Assembly (NCBI RefSeq): GCF_009914755.1
Contig: NC_060948.1
Length of the DNA: 64,000 nucleotides
Source: the human T2T-CHM13v2.0 reference genome, Homo sapiens
Reading direction: 5' to 3' (one strand)
A model generated the notes under the pieces. It did no database searches. It was not told where the DNA came from and saw only the letters and a list, made by a program, of their open reading frames with translations. This document shows positions 1 through 13,500 of this stretch, piece by piece. Position 1 is the first letter of the stretch; every line of letters begins with the position of its first letter. Position numbers and translations under genes: made by a program.

Positions 1-71
1 AATTCCATTCCATTAGATTCCATTCCGTACGATTCCATTCCTTTTGAATCCATTCCATTGGAGTCCATTCA

Positions 72-86
72 CTTCCAGAACATTCC
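72..86. promoter_or_regulatory. Perfect 3-unit heat-shock element motif, site a (cTTCcaGAAcaTTCc); repeated in each full-length unit
   Basis: Matches the HSF1 consensus nTTCnnGAAnnTTCn. Also at 3626, 7209, 10788, 14347, 17926, 21484, 25008, 62225; absent from short units. Motif match only, binding not shown. Confidence 0.55.
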
Positions 87-443
87 ATTCCAGTCGAATC
101 CATTCGAGTACATTCCATTAAAGTTCATTACATTCTAATACATTCCATTCCATTGCATTCCATTCCATTCCATTCGATGCCATTCGATTCCATTCCATGC
201 CAAATCATTGCATTCCTTTCCATTCCGTTCCTATCAATTCCATTCCATTCGATTTAGTTCGATTCTATTCACTTCCATTCCATTCGATTCCATTCCATTG
301 GAGTCAATTCCTTTCGACACCCAGCCTTTCCAGTCAATGATTTTGGATTCCATTTTGTTGCATTCCATTACATTCTATGACATTCGATTCCGTTTCATTG
401 CATTCCATTCCATACATTTTTATTCCATTCGAGACCGTAGCAT

Positions 444-597
444 TCCACTTTATTCCAGGCCTGTCCATTACACTACATTCCCTTCCATTCCAATGAATTC
501 CATTCCATTCCAATCCATTCCTTTCCTTTCGCTTGCATTCCATTCTATTCCCTTCTACTGCATACAATTTCACTCCATTCGTTCCCATTCCATTCAA
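444..597 (+). other. DYZ1 Y1.1/Y1.2 sex-determination PCR target (154 bp), with HaeIII/StuI and EcoRI sites; present once per full-length unit only
   Basis: TCCACTTTATTCCAGGCCTGTCC at 444-466 and CCATTCGTTCCCATTCCATTCAA (reverse complement of TTGAATGGAATGGGAACGAATGG) at 575-597. Primer sequences recalled from memory of the classic Y-repeat PCR assay. Confidence 0.8.
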
Positions 598-825
598 TTC
601 CATTCCATTCAATTCCATTCCATTTGTTTCCATTCTCTTCGATTCCATTTCTTTATATTCCATGCCATTCGATTCCATTCTATTGGATTGCATTACATTC
701 GTGTTCATTCCATTCCAGACCATTCCATTTGACTCCATTCCTTTCGAGCCCTTTCAATTTGAGTCCATTCCTTTCCAGTCCATTTCACTCCAGTCCATTA
801 CTATCCATTCCATCCCATTCCATCC

Positions 826-899
826 CATTCCATTCCATTCCATTCCATTCCATTCCATTCCATTCCATTCCATTTCATTCCATTCCATTCCATTCCATT
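826..899 (+). repeat. Near-pure (CATTC)n tract, length-variable between units
   Basis: Longest low-divergence pentamer run in the unit, ending at 'cattgcactgcactcc'. Longer at ~4390-4473, shorter at ~22238-22281 and ~62979-63022. Confidence 0.8.
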
Positions 900-2334
900 G
901 CACTGCACTCCATTCCATTACATTCTACTCTATCTGAGTCGGTTTAATTGCATTAGATTCTATTCCATTGGATTACTTTCCATTCGATTACATTCCATTC
1001 ATGTACATTCCATTCCAGTCAATTACATTCGAGTTCATTACATTACATTCCAGTATATTCCATTGTGTTCGATCCCATTCCTTTCAATTCCATTTCATTC
1101 GACTCCATTATATTCGATTCCATTCCACTCGAATCCATTCCATTAGAGGACATTCCATTCCAATGCATTCCATTCCATTCCATAACATTCCATTGCATTC
1201 GATTCCATTCCATTTGATGCCATTCCATTTGATGCCATTCCATGACATTCCATTCCATTCGAGTCCATTCCGTTCCAATTCATTCCATTCCGTTTCATGA
1301 AATTCGAGTCCTTTCCAGTACATTTCATTCCAATCCCATCCAATCCAATCTACTCCATTCAATTCCTTTCCATTCCATTTGATTAGATTCCATTGATTTG
1401 ATTCCATTCAGTTTGATTCCATTCCGTGAAATTTCGTTCCATTCTATTCCATTGCATTACTTTCCATTCAATTCCATTCCATTTCATTTCAGTCCATTCG
1501 CTTCCTTTCCTTTCGATTCAATTCCATTTGATTCCACTCCATTCTATGCGATTTCATTCCAATCGATTCAATTCCATTGGATGACATTCCTTTCGTTTCC
1601 ATTCCTTTCGAGTCCATTCAATTTGAGCATTCGTGTCCATTCTATTCGAGTCCATTCCATTACCGTCTATTCTATTCCCTTCCATTCCTGTTGATTCAAT
1701 TTCATTCCCTTCCATTCGATTCCTTTCCATTCGATTCCATTCCTTTCCATTCCATTCCATTCGTTCCCATTCCATGTGATTTCATTCCATTCCAGTCCAT
1801 TATATTCGAGTCCACTCCACTCCATTCTATTACATTCAATTCCTTTGGAGTCCGTTCCATAACACTCCATTCATTTCGATTCCATTTCTTGCCAGTTTTC
1901 TTCCATTTTATTCCATTCCGTTCGATTCCATTCCATTCGATTGCATTCCATTCGAATCCTTTCCATTCCATTTCATTCCATTCCTTTCTATTCCATTCCA
2001 TTTCATTCGATTTGATTCCATTCTGTTCTATTCCATTCAATTCTTTTTCATTCCATTCGAATCCTTTCTATTGCAGTCCATTCCATTCGAGTCCATTCCA
2101 ATCCCTTCCATTCCATTCCATTACAGACCATTCCAATAGATTCCGTTCCTTTGCCTTCCATTCGAATCCATTCCATTCTAGTCCATTCCATTTGAGTCAA
2201 TTCCATTCCATTCCATTCTATTCCTTTCCAATCCATTCGATTCCATTCGATTCAATTCCATTTGATTCTCTTTCATTCTATTTTATTCCATGCCATTTGA
2301 TTGCATTGCATTCCATTCCGTTTGATTCCAGTCC

Positions 2335-2349
2335 ATTCAAGAAAGTTCC
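2335..2349. promoter_or_regulatory. Perfect 3-unit heat-shock element motif, site b (aTTCaaGAAagTTCc); in every full and short unit
   Basis: Consensus match. Seen in all units inspected (e.g. 5898, 29642, 30022, 60924). Motif match only. Confidence 0.55.
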
Positions 2350-3345
2350 ATTCCAGTCCATTGCTTTCCAGTCCATTCCATTCCACTCTAGTCTATTCCA
2401 CTCCATTCCTTTCCATTCCATTCCATACTATTCCATTCCGTTTCCAATCTATTCGAGTCCATTGCATTCCAGTCCAATCCATTCGATTACATTCCTTTTG
2501 ATTCCCTGCCAGTCGATTGCATTGCATACTACACCATTCCAAAGGAGTCCATTCCATTCTATCTCAACACTTTCCATTCCACTCTGTTCGAGTCCATTCC
2601 ATTCCAGTCCGTTTAATTCAAGGGCATTCCATTCCATTCCATTCCATTCCATTTCATATTATTCCATTCCATTCAATTCCATTCCAGATGATTCCATTCC
2701 ATTCTATACCATTGCTCTCTGTTCCATTCCATTCCATCTGTCTCCATTCCTTTCGTTTCGATTCCTTTCCATTCCATTCCATTCCATTTGATCCTATTTT
2801 ATTAAGTTGCATTCTATTCGAGTGATTTCCATTCGAGTCCTTTCCATTCGATTCCATTCCATTCTATTCCATTCCTTTGGATTCCATTCCATTCCGTTCC
2901 GTTCACATCAATTCCTTGCGATTCCATTACATTCGATTTCTTGCCATTCGATTCCATTCCTTTTGACTCCATTTCATTCGATTCCATTCCATTCCATTAA
3001 TTTCCATTCCATTCGAGACCTTTCCATTGCAGTCTTTTCCCTTCGAGTCCATTCCGTTCGAATCCCTTCCATTCGATTCCATTCCATTGGAGTCCGTACC
3101 AGTCGAGTCCATTCTATTCCAGTCCATAAGTTTCGACTCCGTTGCATTCGAGTGCATTCCATTCCGTGGCTGTCCATTCCATTCCGTTTGATGCCATTCC
3201 ATACGATTCCATTCAATTCGAGACCATTCTATTCCTGTCCATTCCTTGTGGTTTGATTCCATTTCACTCTAGTCCATTCCATTCCATTCAATTCCATTCG
3301 ACTCTATTCCGTTCCATTCAATTCCATTCCATTCGATTCCATTTT

Positions 3346-3360
3346 TTTCGAGAACCTTCC
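3346..3360. promoter_or_regulatory. Perfect 3-unit heat-shock element motif, site c (tTTCgaGAAccTTCc); in most full and all short units
   Basis: Consensus match. First TTC mutated at ~14073 and ~21210 (GTC) and at ~61946 (TTG). Motif match only. Confidence 0.55.
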
Positions 3361-6300
3361 ATTACACTCCCTTCCATTCCAGTGCATTCCATTCCAGTCT
3401 CTTCAGTTCGATTCCATTCCATTCGTTTCGATTCCTTTCCATTCCAGCCCATTCCATTCCATTCCATTCCTTTCCTTTCCGTTTCATTAGATTCCATTGC
3501 ATTCCATTCCATTCAATTCAATTCCGTGCTATTCAATTTGATTCCTTTGCATTTAATTCCATTCCATTAGATTCCATTCCGTTCGATTCCATTCCTTTCG
3601 AATCCATTCCATTGGAGTCCATTCACTTCCAGAACATTCCATTTCAGTCGAATCAATTCGAGTACATTCCATTAATGTTCATTACATTCTAATACATTCC
3701 ATTCCATTGCATTCCATTCCATTCCATTCGATGCCATTCGATTCCATTCCGTGCCAAATGATTGCATTCCTTTCCATTCCGTTCCTATCAATTCCATTCC
3801 ATTCGATTTAGTTCGATTCTATTCACTTCCATTCCATTCGATTCCATTCCATTGGAGTCAATTCCTTTCGACACCCAGCCTTTCCAGTCAATGATTTTGG
3901 ATTCCATTTTTTTGCATTCCATTACATTCTATGACATTCGATTCCGTTTCATTGCATTCCATTCCATACATTTTTATTCCATTCGAGACCGTAGCATTCC
4001 ACTTTATTCCAGGCCTGTCCATTACACTACATTCCCTTCCATTCCAATGAATTCCATTCCATTCCAATCCATTCCTTTCCTTTGGCTTGCATTCCATTCT
4101 ATTCCCTTCTACTGCATACAATTTCACTCCATTCGTTCCCATTCCATTCAATTCCATTCCATTCAATTCCATTCCATTTGTTTCCATTCTCTTCGATTCC
4201 ATTTCTTTATATTCCATGACATTCGATTCCATTCTATTGGATTGCATTACATTCGTGTTCATTCCATTCCAGACCATTCCATTTGACTCCATTCCTTTCG
4301 AGCCCTTTCAATTTGAGTCCATTCCTTTCCAGTCCATTTCACTCCAGTCCATTACTATCCATTCCATACCATTCCATCCCATTCCATCCCATTCCATTCC
4401 ATTCCATTCCATTCCATTCCATTCCATTCCATTCCATTCCATTCAATTGCATTCCATTCCATTCCATTCCATTGCACTGCACTCCATTCCATTACATTCT
4501 ACTCTATCTGAGTTGATTTTATTGCATTAGATTATATTCCATTGGATTATTTTCCATTCGATTACATTCCATTCATATACATTCCATTCCAGTCAATTAC
4601 ATTCGAGTTCATTACATTACATTCCAGTATATTCCATTGTATTCGATCCCATTCCTTTCAATTCCATTTCATTCGACTCCATTATATTCGATTTCATTCC
4701 ACTCGAATCCATTCCATTAGAGGACATTCCATTCCAATGCATTCCATTCCATTCCATAGCATTCCATTGCATTCGATTCCATTCCATTTGATGCCATTCC
4801 ATTTGATGCCATTCCATGACATTCCATTCCATTCGAGTCCATTCCGTTCCAATTCATTCCATTCCGTTTCATGAAATTCGAGTCCTTTCCAGTACATTTC
4901 ATTCCAATCCCATCCAATCCAATCTACTCCATTCAATTCCTTTCCATTCCATTTGATTTGATTCCATTGATTTGATTCCATTCAGTTTGATTCCATTCCG
5001 TGAAATTTCGTTCCATTCTATTCCATTGCATTACTTTCCATTCAATTCCATTCCATTTCATTTCAGTCCATTCGCTTCCTTTCCTTTCGATTCAATTCCA
5101 TTTGATTCCACTCCATTCTATGCGATTTCATTCCAATCGATTCAATTCCATTCGATGACATTCCTTTCGTTTCCATTCCATTCGAGTCCATTCAATTTGA
5201 GCATTCGTGTCCATTCTATTCGAGTCCATTCCATTACCGTCTATTCTATTCCCTTCCATTCCTGTTGATTCAATTTCATTCCCTTCCATTCGATTCCTTT
5301 CCATTCGATTCCATTCCTTTCCATTCCATTCCATTCGTTCCCATTCCATGTGATTTCATTCCATTCCAGTCCATTATATTCGAGTCCACTCCACTCCATT
5401 CTATTACATTCAATTCCTTTTGAGTCCGTTCCATAACACTCCATTCATTTCGATTCCATTTCTTGCCAGTTTTCTTCCATTTTATTCCATTCCGTTCGAT
5501 TCCATTCCATTCGATTGCATTCCATTCGAATCCTTTCCATTCCATTTCATTCCATTCCTTTCTATTCCATTCCATTTCATTCGATTTGATTCCATTCTGT
5601 TCTATTCCATTCAATTCTTTTTCATTCCATTCGAATCCTTTCTATTGCAGTCCATTCCATTCGAGTCCATTCCAATCCCTTCCATTCCATTCCATTACAG
5701 TCCATTCCAATAGATTCCATTCCTTTGCCTTCCATTCGAATCCATTCCATTCTAGTCCATTCCATTTGAGTCAATTCCATTCCATTCCATTCTATTCCTT
5801 TCCAATCCATTCGATTCAATTCCATTTGATTCTCTTTCATTCTATTTTATTCCATGCCATTGATTGCATTGCATTCCATTCCGTTTGATTCCAGTCCATT
5901 CAAGAAAGTTCCATTCCAGTCCATTGCTTTCCAGTCCATTCCATTCCACTCTAGTCTATTCCACTCCATTCCTTTCCATTCCATTCCATACTATTCCATT
6001 CCATTCCTTTGCATTCCGTTTCCAATCTATTCGAGTCCATTGCATTCCAGTCCAATCCATTCCATTACATTCCTTTTGATTCCCTGCCAGTCGATTGCAT
6101 TGCATACTACACCATTCCAAAGGAGTCCATTCCATTCTATCTCAACACTTTCCATTCCACTCTGTTCGAGTCCATTCCATTCCAGTCCATTTAATTCAAG
6201 GGCATTCCATTCCATTCCATTCCATTCAATTCCATTTCATATTATTCCATTCCATTCAATTCCATTCCAGATGATTCCATTCCATTCTATACCATTGCTC

Positions 6301-7599
6301 TCTGTTCCCTTCCATTCCATCTGTCTCCATTCCTTTCGTTTCGATTCCTTTCCATTCCATTCCATTACATTTGATCCTATTTTATTAAATTGCATTCTAT
6401 TCGAGTGATTTCCATTCGAGTCCTTTCCATTCGATTCCATTCCATTCTATTCCATTCCTTTGGATTCCATTCCATTCCCTTCCGTTCACATCAATTCCTT
6501 GCGATTCCATTACATTCGATTTCTTGCCATTCGATTCCATTCCTTTTGACTCCATTTCATTCGATTCCATTCCATTCCATTAATTTCCATTCCATTCGAG
6601 ACCATTCCATTGCAGTCTTTTCCCTTCGAGTCCATTCCGTTCGATTCCCTTCCATTCGATTCCATTCCATTGGAGTCCGTACCAGTCGAGTCCATTCTAT
6701 TCCAGTCCATTAGTTTCGACTCCATTACATTCGAGTGCATTCCATTCCGTGGCTGTCCATTCCATTCCGTTTGATGCCATTCCATATGATTCCATTCAAT
6801 TCGAGACCATTCTATTCCTGTCCATTCCTTGTGCTTCGATTCCATTTCACTCTAGTCCATTCCATTCCATTCAATTCCATTCGACTCTATTCCGTTCCAT
6901 TCAATTCCATTCCATTCGATTCCATTTTTTTCGAGAACCTTCCATTACACTCCCTTCCATTCCAGTGCATTCCATTCCAGTCTCTTCAGTTCGATTCCAT
7001 TCCATTCGTTTCGATTCCTTTCCATTCCAGCCCATTCCATTCCATTCCATTCCTTTCCTTTCCGTTTCATTAGATTCCATTGCATTCCATTCCATTCAAT
7101 TCAATTCCGTGCTATTCAATTTGATTCATATCCATTTAATTCCATTCCATTAGATTCCATTCCGTACGATTCCATTCCTTTGGAATCCATTCCATTGGAG
7201 TCCATTCACTTCCAGAACATTCCATTCCAGTCGAATCCATTCGAGTACATTCCATTAAAGTTCATTACATTCTAATACATTCCATTCCATTGCATTCCAT
7301 TCCATTCCATTCGATGCCATTCGATTCCATTCCATGCCAAATCATTGCATTCCTTTCCATTCCGTTCCTATCAATTCCATTCCATTCGATTTAGTTCGAT
7401 TCTATTCACTTCCATTCCATTCGATTCCATTCCATTGGAGTCAATTCCTTTCGACACCCAGCCTTTCCAGTCAATGATTTTGGAGTCCATTTTTTTGCAT
7501 TCCATTACATTCTATGACATTCGATTCCGTTTCATTGCATTCCATTCCATACATTTTTATTCCATTCGAGACCGTAGCATTCCACTTTATTCCAGACCT

Positions 7600-10500
7600 G
7601 TCCATTACACTACATTCCCTTCCATTCCAATGAATTCCATTCCATTCCAATCCATTCCTTTCCTTTCGCTTGCATTCCATTCTATTCCCTTCTACTGCAT
7701 ACAATTTCACTCCATTCGTTCCCATTCCATTCAATTCCATTCCATTCAATTCCATTCCATTTGTTTCCATTCTCTTCGATTCCATTTCTTTATATTCCAT
7801 GCCATTCGATTCCATTCTATTGGATTGCATTACATTCGTGTTCATTCCATTCCAGACCATTCCATTTGACTCCATTCCTTTCGAGCCCTTTCAATTTGAG
7901 TCCATTCCTTTCCAGTCCAGTTCACTCCAGTCCATTACTATCCATTCCATACCATTCCATCCCATTCCATTCCATTCCATTCCATTCCATTCCATTCCAT
8001 TCCATTGCATTCAATTCCATTCCATTCCATTGCACTGCACTCCATTCCATTACATTCTACTCTATCTGAGTCGGTTTTATTGCATTAGATTCTATTCCAT
8101 TGGATTACTTTCCATTCGATTACATTCCATTCATGTACATTCCATTCCAGTCAATTACATTCGAGTTCATTACATTACATTCCAGTATATTCCATTCTAT
8201 TCGATCCCATTCCTTTCAATTCCATTTCATTCGACTCCATTATATTCGATTCCATTCCACTCGAATCCATTCCATTAGAGGACATTCCATTCCAATGCAT
8301 TCCATTCCATTCCATAACATTCCATTGCATTCGATTCCATTCCATTTGATGCCATTCCATTTGATGCCATTCCATGACATTCCATTCCATTCGAGTCCAT
8401 TCCGTTCCAATTCATTCCATTCCGTTTCATGAAATTCGAGTCCTTTCCAGTACATTTCATTCCAATCCCATCCAATCCAATCTACTCCATTCAATTCCTT
8501 TCCATTCCATTTGATTAGATTCCATTGATTTGATTCCATTCAGTTTGATTCCATTCCGTGAAATTTCGTTCCATTCTATTCCATTGCATTACTTTCCATT
8601 CAATTCCATTCCATTTCATTTCAGTCCATTCGCTTCCTTTCCTTTCGATTCAATTCCATTTGATTCCACTCCATTCTATGCGATTTCATTCCAATCGATT
8701 CAATTCCATTCGATGACATTCCTTTCGTTTCCATTCCATTCGAGTCCATTCAATTTGAGCATTCGTGTCCATTCTATTCGAGTCCATTCCATTTCCGTCT
8801 ATTCTATTCCCTTCCATTCCTGTTGATTCAATTTCATTCCCTTCCATTCGATTCCTTTCCATTCGATTCCATTCCTTTCCATTCCATTCCATTCGTTCCC
8901 ATTCCATGTGATTTCATTCCATTCCAGTCCATTATATTCGAGTCCACTCCACTCCATTCTATTACATTCAATTCCTTTTGAGTCCGTTCCATAACACTCC
9001 ATTCATTTCGCTTCCATTTCTTGCCAGTTTGCTTCCATTTTATTCCATTCCGTTCGATTCCATTCCATTCGATTGCATTCCATTCGAATCCTTTCCATTC
9101 CATTTCATTCCATTCCTTTCTATTCCATTCCATTTCATTCGATTTGATTCCATTCTGTTCTATTCCATTCAATTCTTTTTCATTCCATTCGAATCCTTTC
9201 TATTGCAGTCCATTCCGTTCGAGTCCATTCCAATCCCTTCCATTCCATTCCATTACAGTCCATTCCAATAGATTCCATTCCTTTGCCTTCCATTCGAATC
9301 CATTCCATTCTAGTCCATTCCATTTGAGTCAATTCCATTCCATTCCATTCTATTCCTTTCCAATCCATTAGATTCCATTCGATTCAATTCCATTTGATTC
9401 TCTTTCATTCTATTTTATTCCATGCCATTTGATTGCATTGCATTCCATTCCGTTTGATTCCAGTCCATTCAAGAAAGTTCCATTCCAGTCCATTGCTTTC
9501 CAGTCCATTCCATTCCATTCTAGTCTATTCCACTCCATTCCTTTCCATTCCATTCCATACTATTCCATTCCATTCTTTTGCATTCCGTTTCCAATCTATT
9601 CGAGTCCATTGCATTCCAGTCCAGTCCATTCCATTACATTCCTTTTGATTCCCTGCCAGTCGATTGCATTGCATACTACACCATTCCAAAGGAGTCCATT
9701 CCATTCTATCTCAACACTTTCCATTCCACTCTGTTCGAGTCCATTCCATTCCAGTCCATTTAATTCAAGGGCATTCCATTCCATTCCATTCCATTCCATT
9801 CCATTCCATTCCATTTCATATTATTCCATTCCATTCAATTCCATTCCAGATGATTCCATTCCATTCTATACCATTGCTCTCTGTTCCCTTCCATTCCATC
9901 TGTCTCCATTCCTTTCGTTTCGATTCCTTTCCATTCCATTCCATTACATTTGATCCTATTTTATTAAATTGCATTCTATTCGAGTGATTTCCATTCGAGT
10001 CCTTTCCATTCGATTCCATTCCATTCTATTCCATTCCTTTGGATTCCATTCCATTCCCTTCCGTTCACATCAATTCCTTGCGATTCCATTACATTCGATT
10101 TCTTGCCATTCGATTCCATTCCTTTTGACTCCATTTCATTCGATTCCATTCCATTCCATTAATTTCCATTCCATTCGAGACCATTCCATTGCAGTCTTTT
10201 CCCTTCGAGTCCATTCCGTTCGATTCCCTTCCATTCGATTCCATTCCATTGGAGTCCGTACCAGTCGAGTCCATTCTATTCCAGTCCATTAGTTTCGACT
10301 CCATTACATTCGAGTGCATTCCATTCCGTGGCTGTCCATTCCATTCCGTTTGATGCCATTCCATACGATTCCATTCAATTCGAGACCATTCTATTCCTGT
10401 CCATTCCTTGTGCTTCGATTCCATTTCACTCTGGTCCATTCCATTCCATTCAATTCCATTCGACTCTATTCCGTTCCATTCAATTCCATTCCATTCGATT

Positions 10501-13500
10501 CCATTTTTTTCGAGAACCTTCCATTACACTCCCTTCCATTCCAGTGCATTCCATTCCAGTCTCTTCAGTTCGATTCCATTCCATTCGTTTCGATTCCTTT
10601 CCATTCCAGCCCATTCCATTCCATTCCATTCCTTTCCTTTCCGTTTCATTAGATTCCATTGCATTCCATTCCATTCAATTCAATTCCGTGCTATTCAATT
10701 TGATTCATATCCATTTAATTCCATTCCATTAGATTCCATTCCGTACGATTCCATTCCTTTGGAATCCATTCCATTGGAGTCCATTCACTTCCAGAACATT
10801 CCATTCCAGTCGAATCCATTCGAGTACATTCCATTAAAGTTCATTACATTCTAATACATTCCATTCCATTGCATTCCATTCCATTCCATTCGATGCCATT
10901 CGATTCCATTCCATGCCAAATCATTGCATTCCTTTCCATTCCGTTCCTATCAATTCCATTCCATTCGATTTAGTTCGATTCTATTCACTTCCATTCCATT
11001 CGATTCCATTCCATTGGAGTCAATTCCTTTCGACACCCAGCCTTTCCAGTCAATGATTTTGGAGTCCATTTTTTTGCATTCCATTACATTCTATGACATT
11101 CGATTCCGTTTCATTGCATTCCATTCCATACATTTTTATTCCATTCGAGACCGTAGCATTCCACTTTATTCCAGACCTGTCCATTACACTACATTCCCTT
11201 CCATTCCAATGAATTCCATTCCATTCCAATCCATTCCTTTCCTTTCGCTTGCATTCCATTCTATTCCCTTCTACTGCATACAATTTCACTCCATTCGTTC
11301 CCATTCCATTCAATTCCATTCCATTCAATTCCATTCCATTTGTTTCCATTCTCTTCGATTCCATTTCTTTATATTCCATGCCATTCGATTCCATTCTATT
11401 GGATTGCATGACTTTCGTGTTCATTCCATTCCAGACCATTCCATTTGACTCCATTCCTTTCGAGCCCTTTCAATTTGAGTCCATTCCTTTCCAGTCCATT
11501 TCACTCCAGTCCATTACTATCCATTCCATACCATTCCATCCCATTCCATTAAATTCCATTCCATTCCATTCCATTCCATTCCATTGCATTCCATTCCATT
11601 CCATTCCATTGCACTGCACTCCATTCCATTACATTCTACTCTATTTGAGTCGATTTTATTGCATTAGATTCTATTCCATTGGATTACTTTCCATTCGATT
11701 ACATTCCATTCATGTACATTCCATTCCAGTCAATTACATTCGAGTTCATTACATTACATTCCAGTATATTCCATTGTATTCGATCCCATTCCTTTCAATT
11801 CCATTTCATTCGACTCCATTATATTCGATTCCATTCCACTCGAATCCATTCCATTAGAGGACATTCCATTCCAATGCATTCCATTCCATTCCATAGCATT
11901 CCGTTGCATTCGATTCCATTCCATTTGATGCCATTCCATTTGATGCCATTCCATGACATTCTATTCCATTCGAGTCCATTCCGTTCCAATTCATTCCATT
12001 CCGTTTCATGAAATTCGAGTCCTTTCCAGTACATTTCATTCCAATCCCATCCAATCCAATCTACTCCATTCAATTCCTTTCCATTCCATTTGATTAGATT
12101 CCATTGATTTGATTCCATTCAGTTTGATTCCATTCCGTGAAATTTCGTTCCATTCTATTCCATTGCATTACTTTCCATTCAATTCCATTCCATTTCATTT
12201 CAGTCCATTCGATTCCTTTCCTTTCGATTCAATTCCATTTGATTCCACTCCATTCTATGCGATTTCATTCCAATCGATTCAATTCCATTCGATGACATTC
12301 CTTTCGTTTCCATTCCATTCGAGTCCATTCAATTTGAGTATTCGTGTCCATTCAATTCGAGTCCATTCCATTACCGTCTATTCTATTCCCTTCCATTCCT
12401 GTTGATTCAATTTCATTCCCTTCCATTCGATTCCTTTCCATTCAATTCCATTCCTTTCCATTCCATTCCATTCCTTCCCATTCCATGTGATTTCATTCCA
12501 TTCCAGTCCATTATATTCGAGTCCACTCCACTCCATTCTATTACATTCAATTCCTTTTGAGTCCGTTCCATAACACTCCATTCATTTCGATTCCATTTCT
12601 TGCCAGTTTTCTTCCATTTTATTCCATTCCGTTCGATTCCATTCCATTCGATTGCATTCCATTCGAATCCTTTCCATTCCATTTCATTCCATTCCTTTCT
12701 ATTCCATTCCATTTCATTCGATTTGATTCCATTCTGTTCTATTCCATTCAATTCTTTTTCATTCCATTCGAATCCTTTCTATTGCAGTCCATTCCATTCG
12801 AGTCCATTCCAATCCCTTCCATTCCATTCCATTACAGTCCATTCCAATAGATTCCATTCCTTTGCCTTCCATTCGAATCCATTCCATTCTAGTCCATTCC
12901 ATTTGAGTCAATTCCATTCCATTCCATTCTATTCCTTTCCAATCCATTCGATTCCATTCGATTCAATTCCATTTGATTCTCTTTCATTCTATTTTATTCC
13001 ATGCCATTTGATTGCATTGCATTCCATTCCGTTTGATTCCAGTCCATTCAAGAAAGTTCCATTCCTGTCCATTTCTTTCCAGTCCATTCCATTCCACTCT
13101 AGTCTATTCCACTCCATTCCTTTCCATTCCATTCCATACTATTCCATTCCATTCCTTTGCATTCCGTTTGCAATCTATTCGAGTCCATTGCATTCCAGTC
13201 CAATCCATTCGATTACATTCCTTTTGATTCCCTGCCAGTCGATTGCATTGCATACTAGACCATTCCAAACGAGTCCATTCCATTCTATCTCAAAACTTTC
13301 CATTCCACTCTGTTCGAGTCCATTCCATTCCAGTCCATTTAATTCAAGGGCATTCCATTCCATTCCATTCCATTCCATTTCATATTATTCCATTCCATTC
13401 AATTCCATTCCAGATGATTCCATTCCATTCTATACCATTGCTCTCTGTTCCATTCCATTCCATCTGTCTCCATTCCTTTCGTTTCGATTCCTTTCCATTC

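Noticed and set aside
1294-1435. Two-unit HSE-like motifs (TTCatGAA at 1294, GAAatTTC at 1428)
   Set aside because: Only two inverted units and easily produced by chance in this background. Not counted as heat-shock elements.
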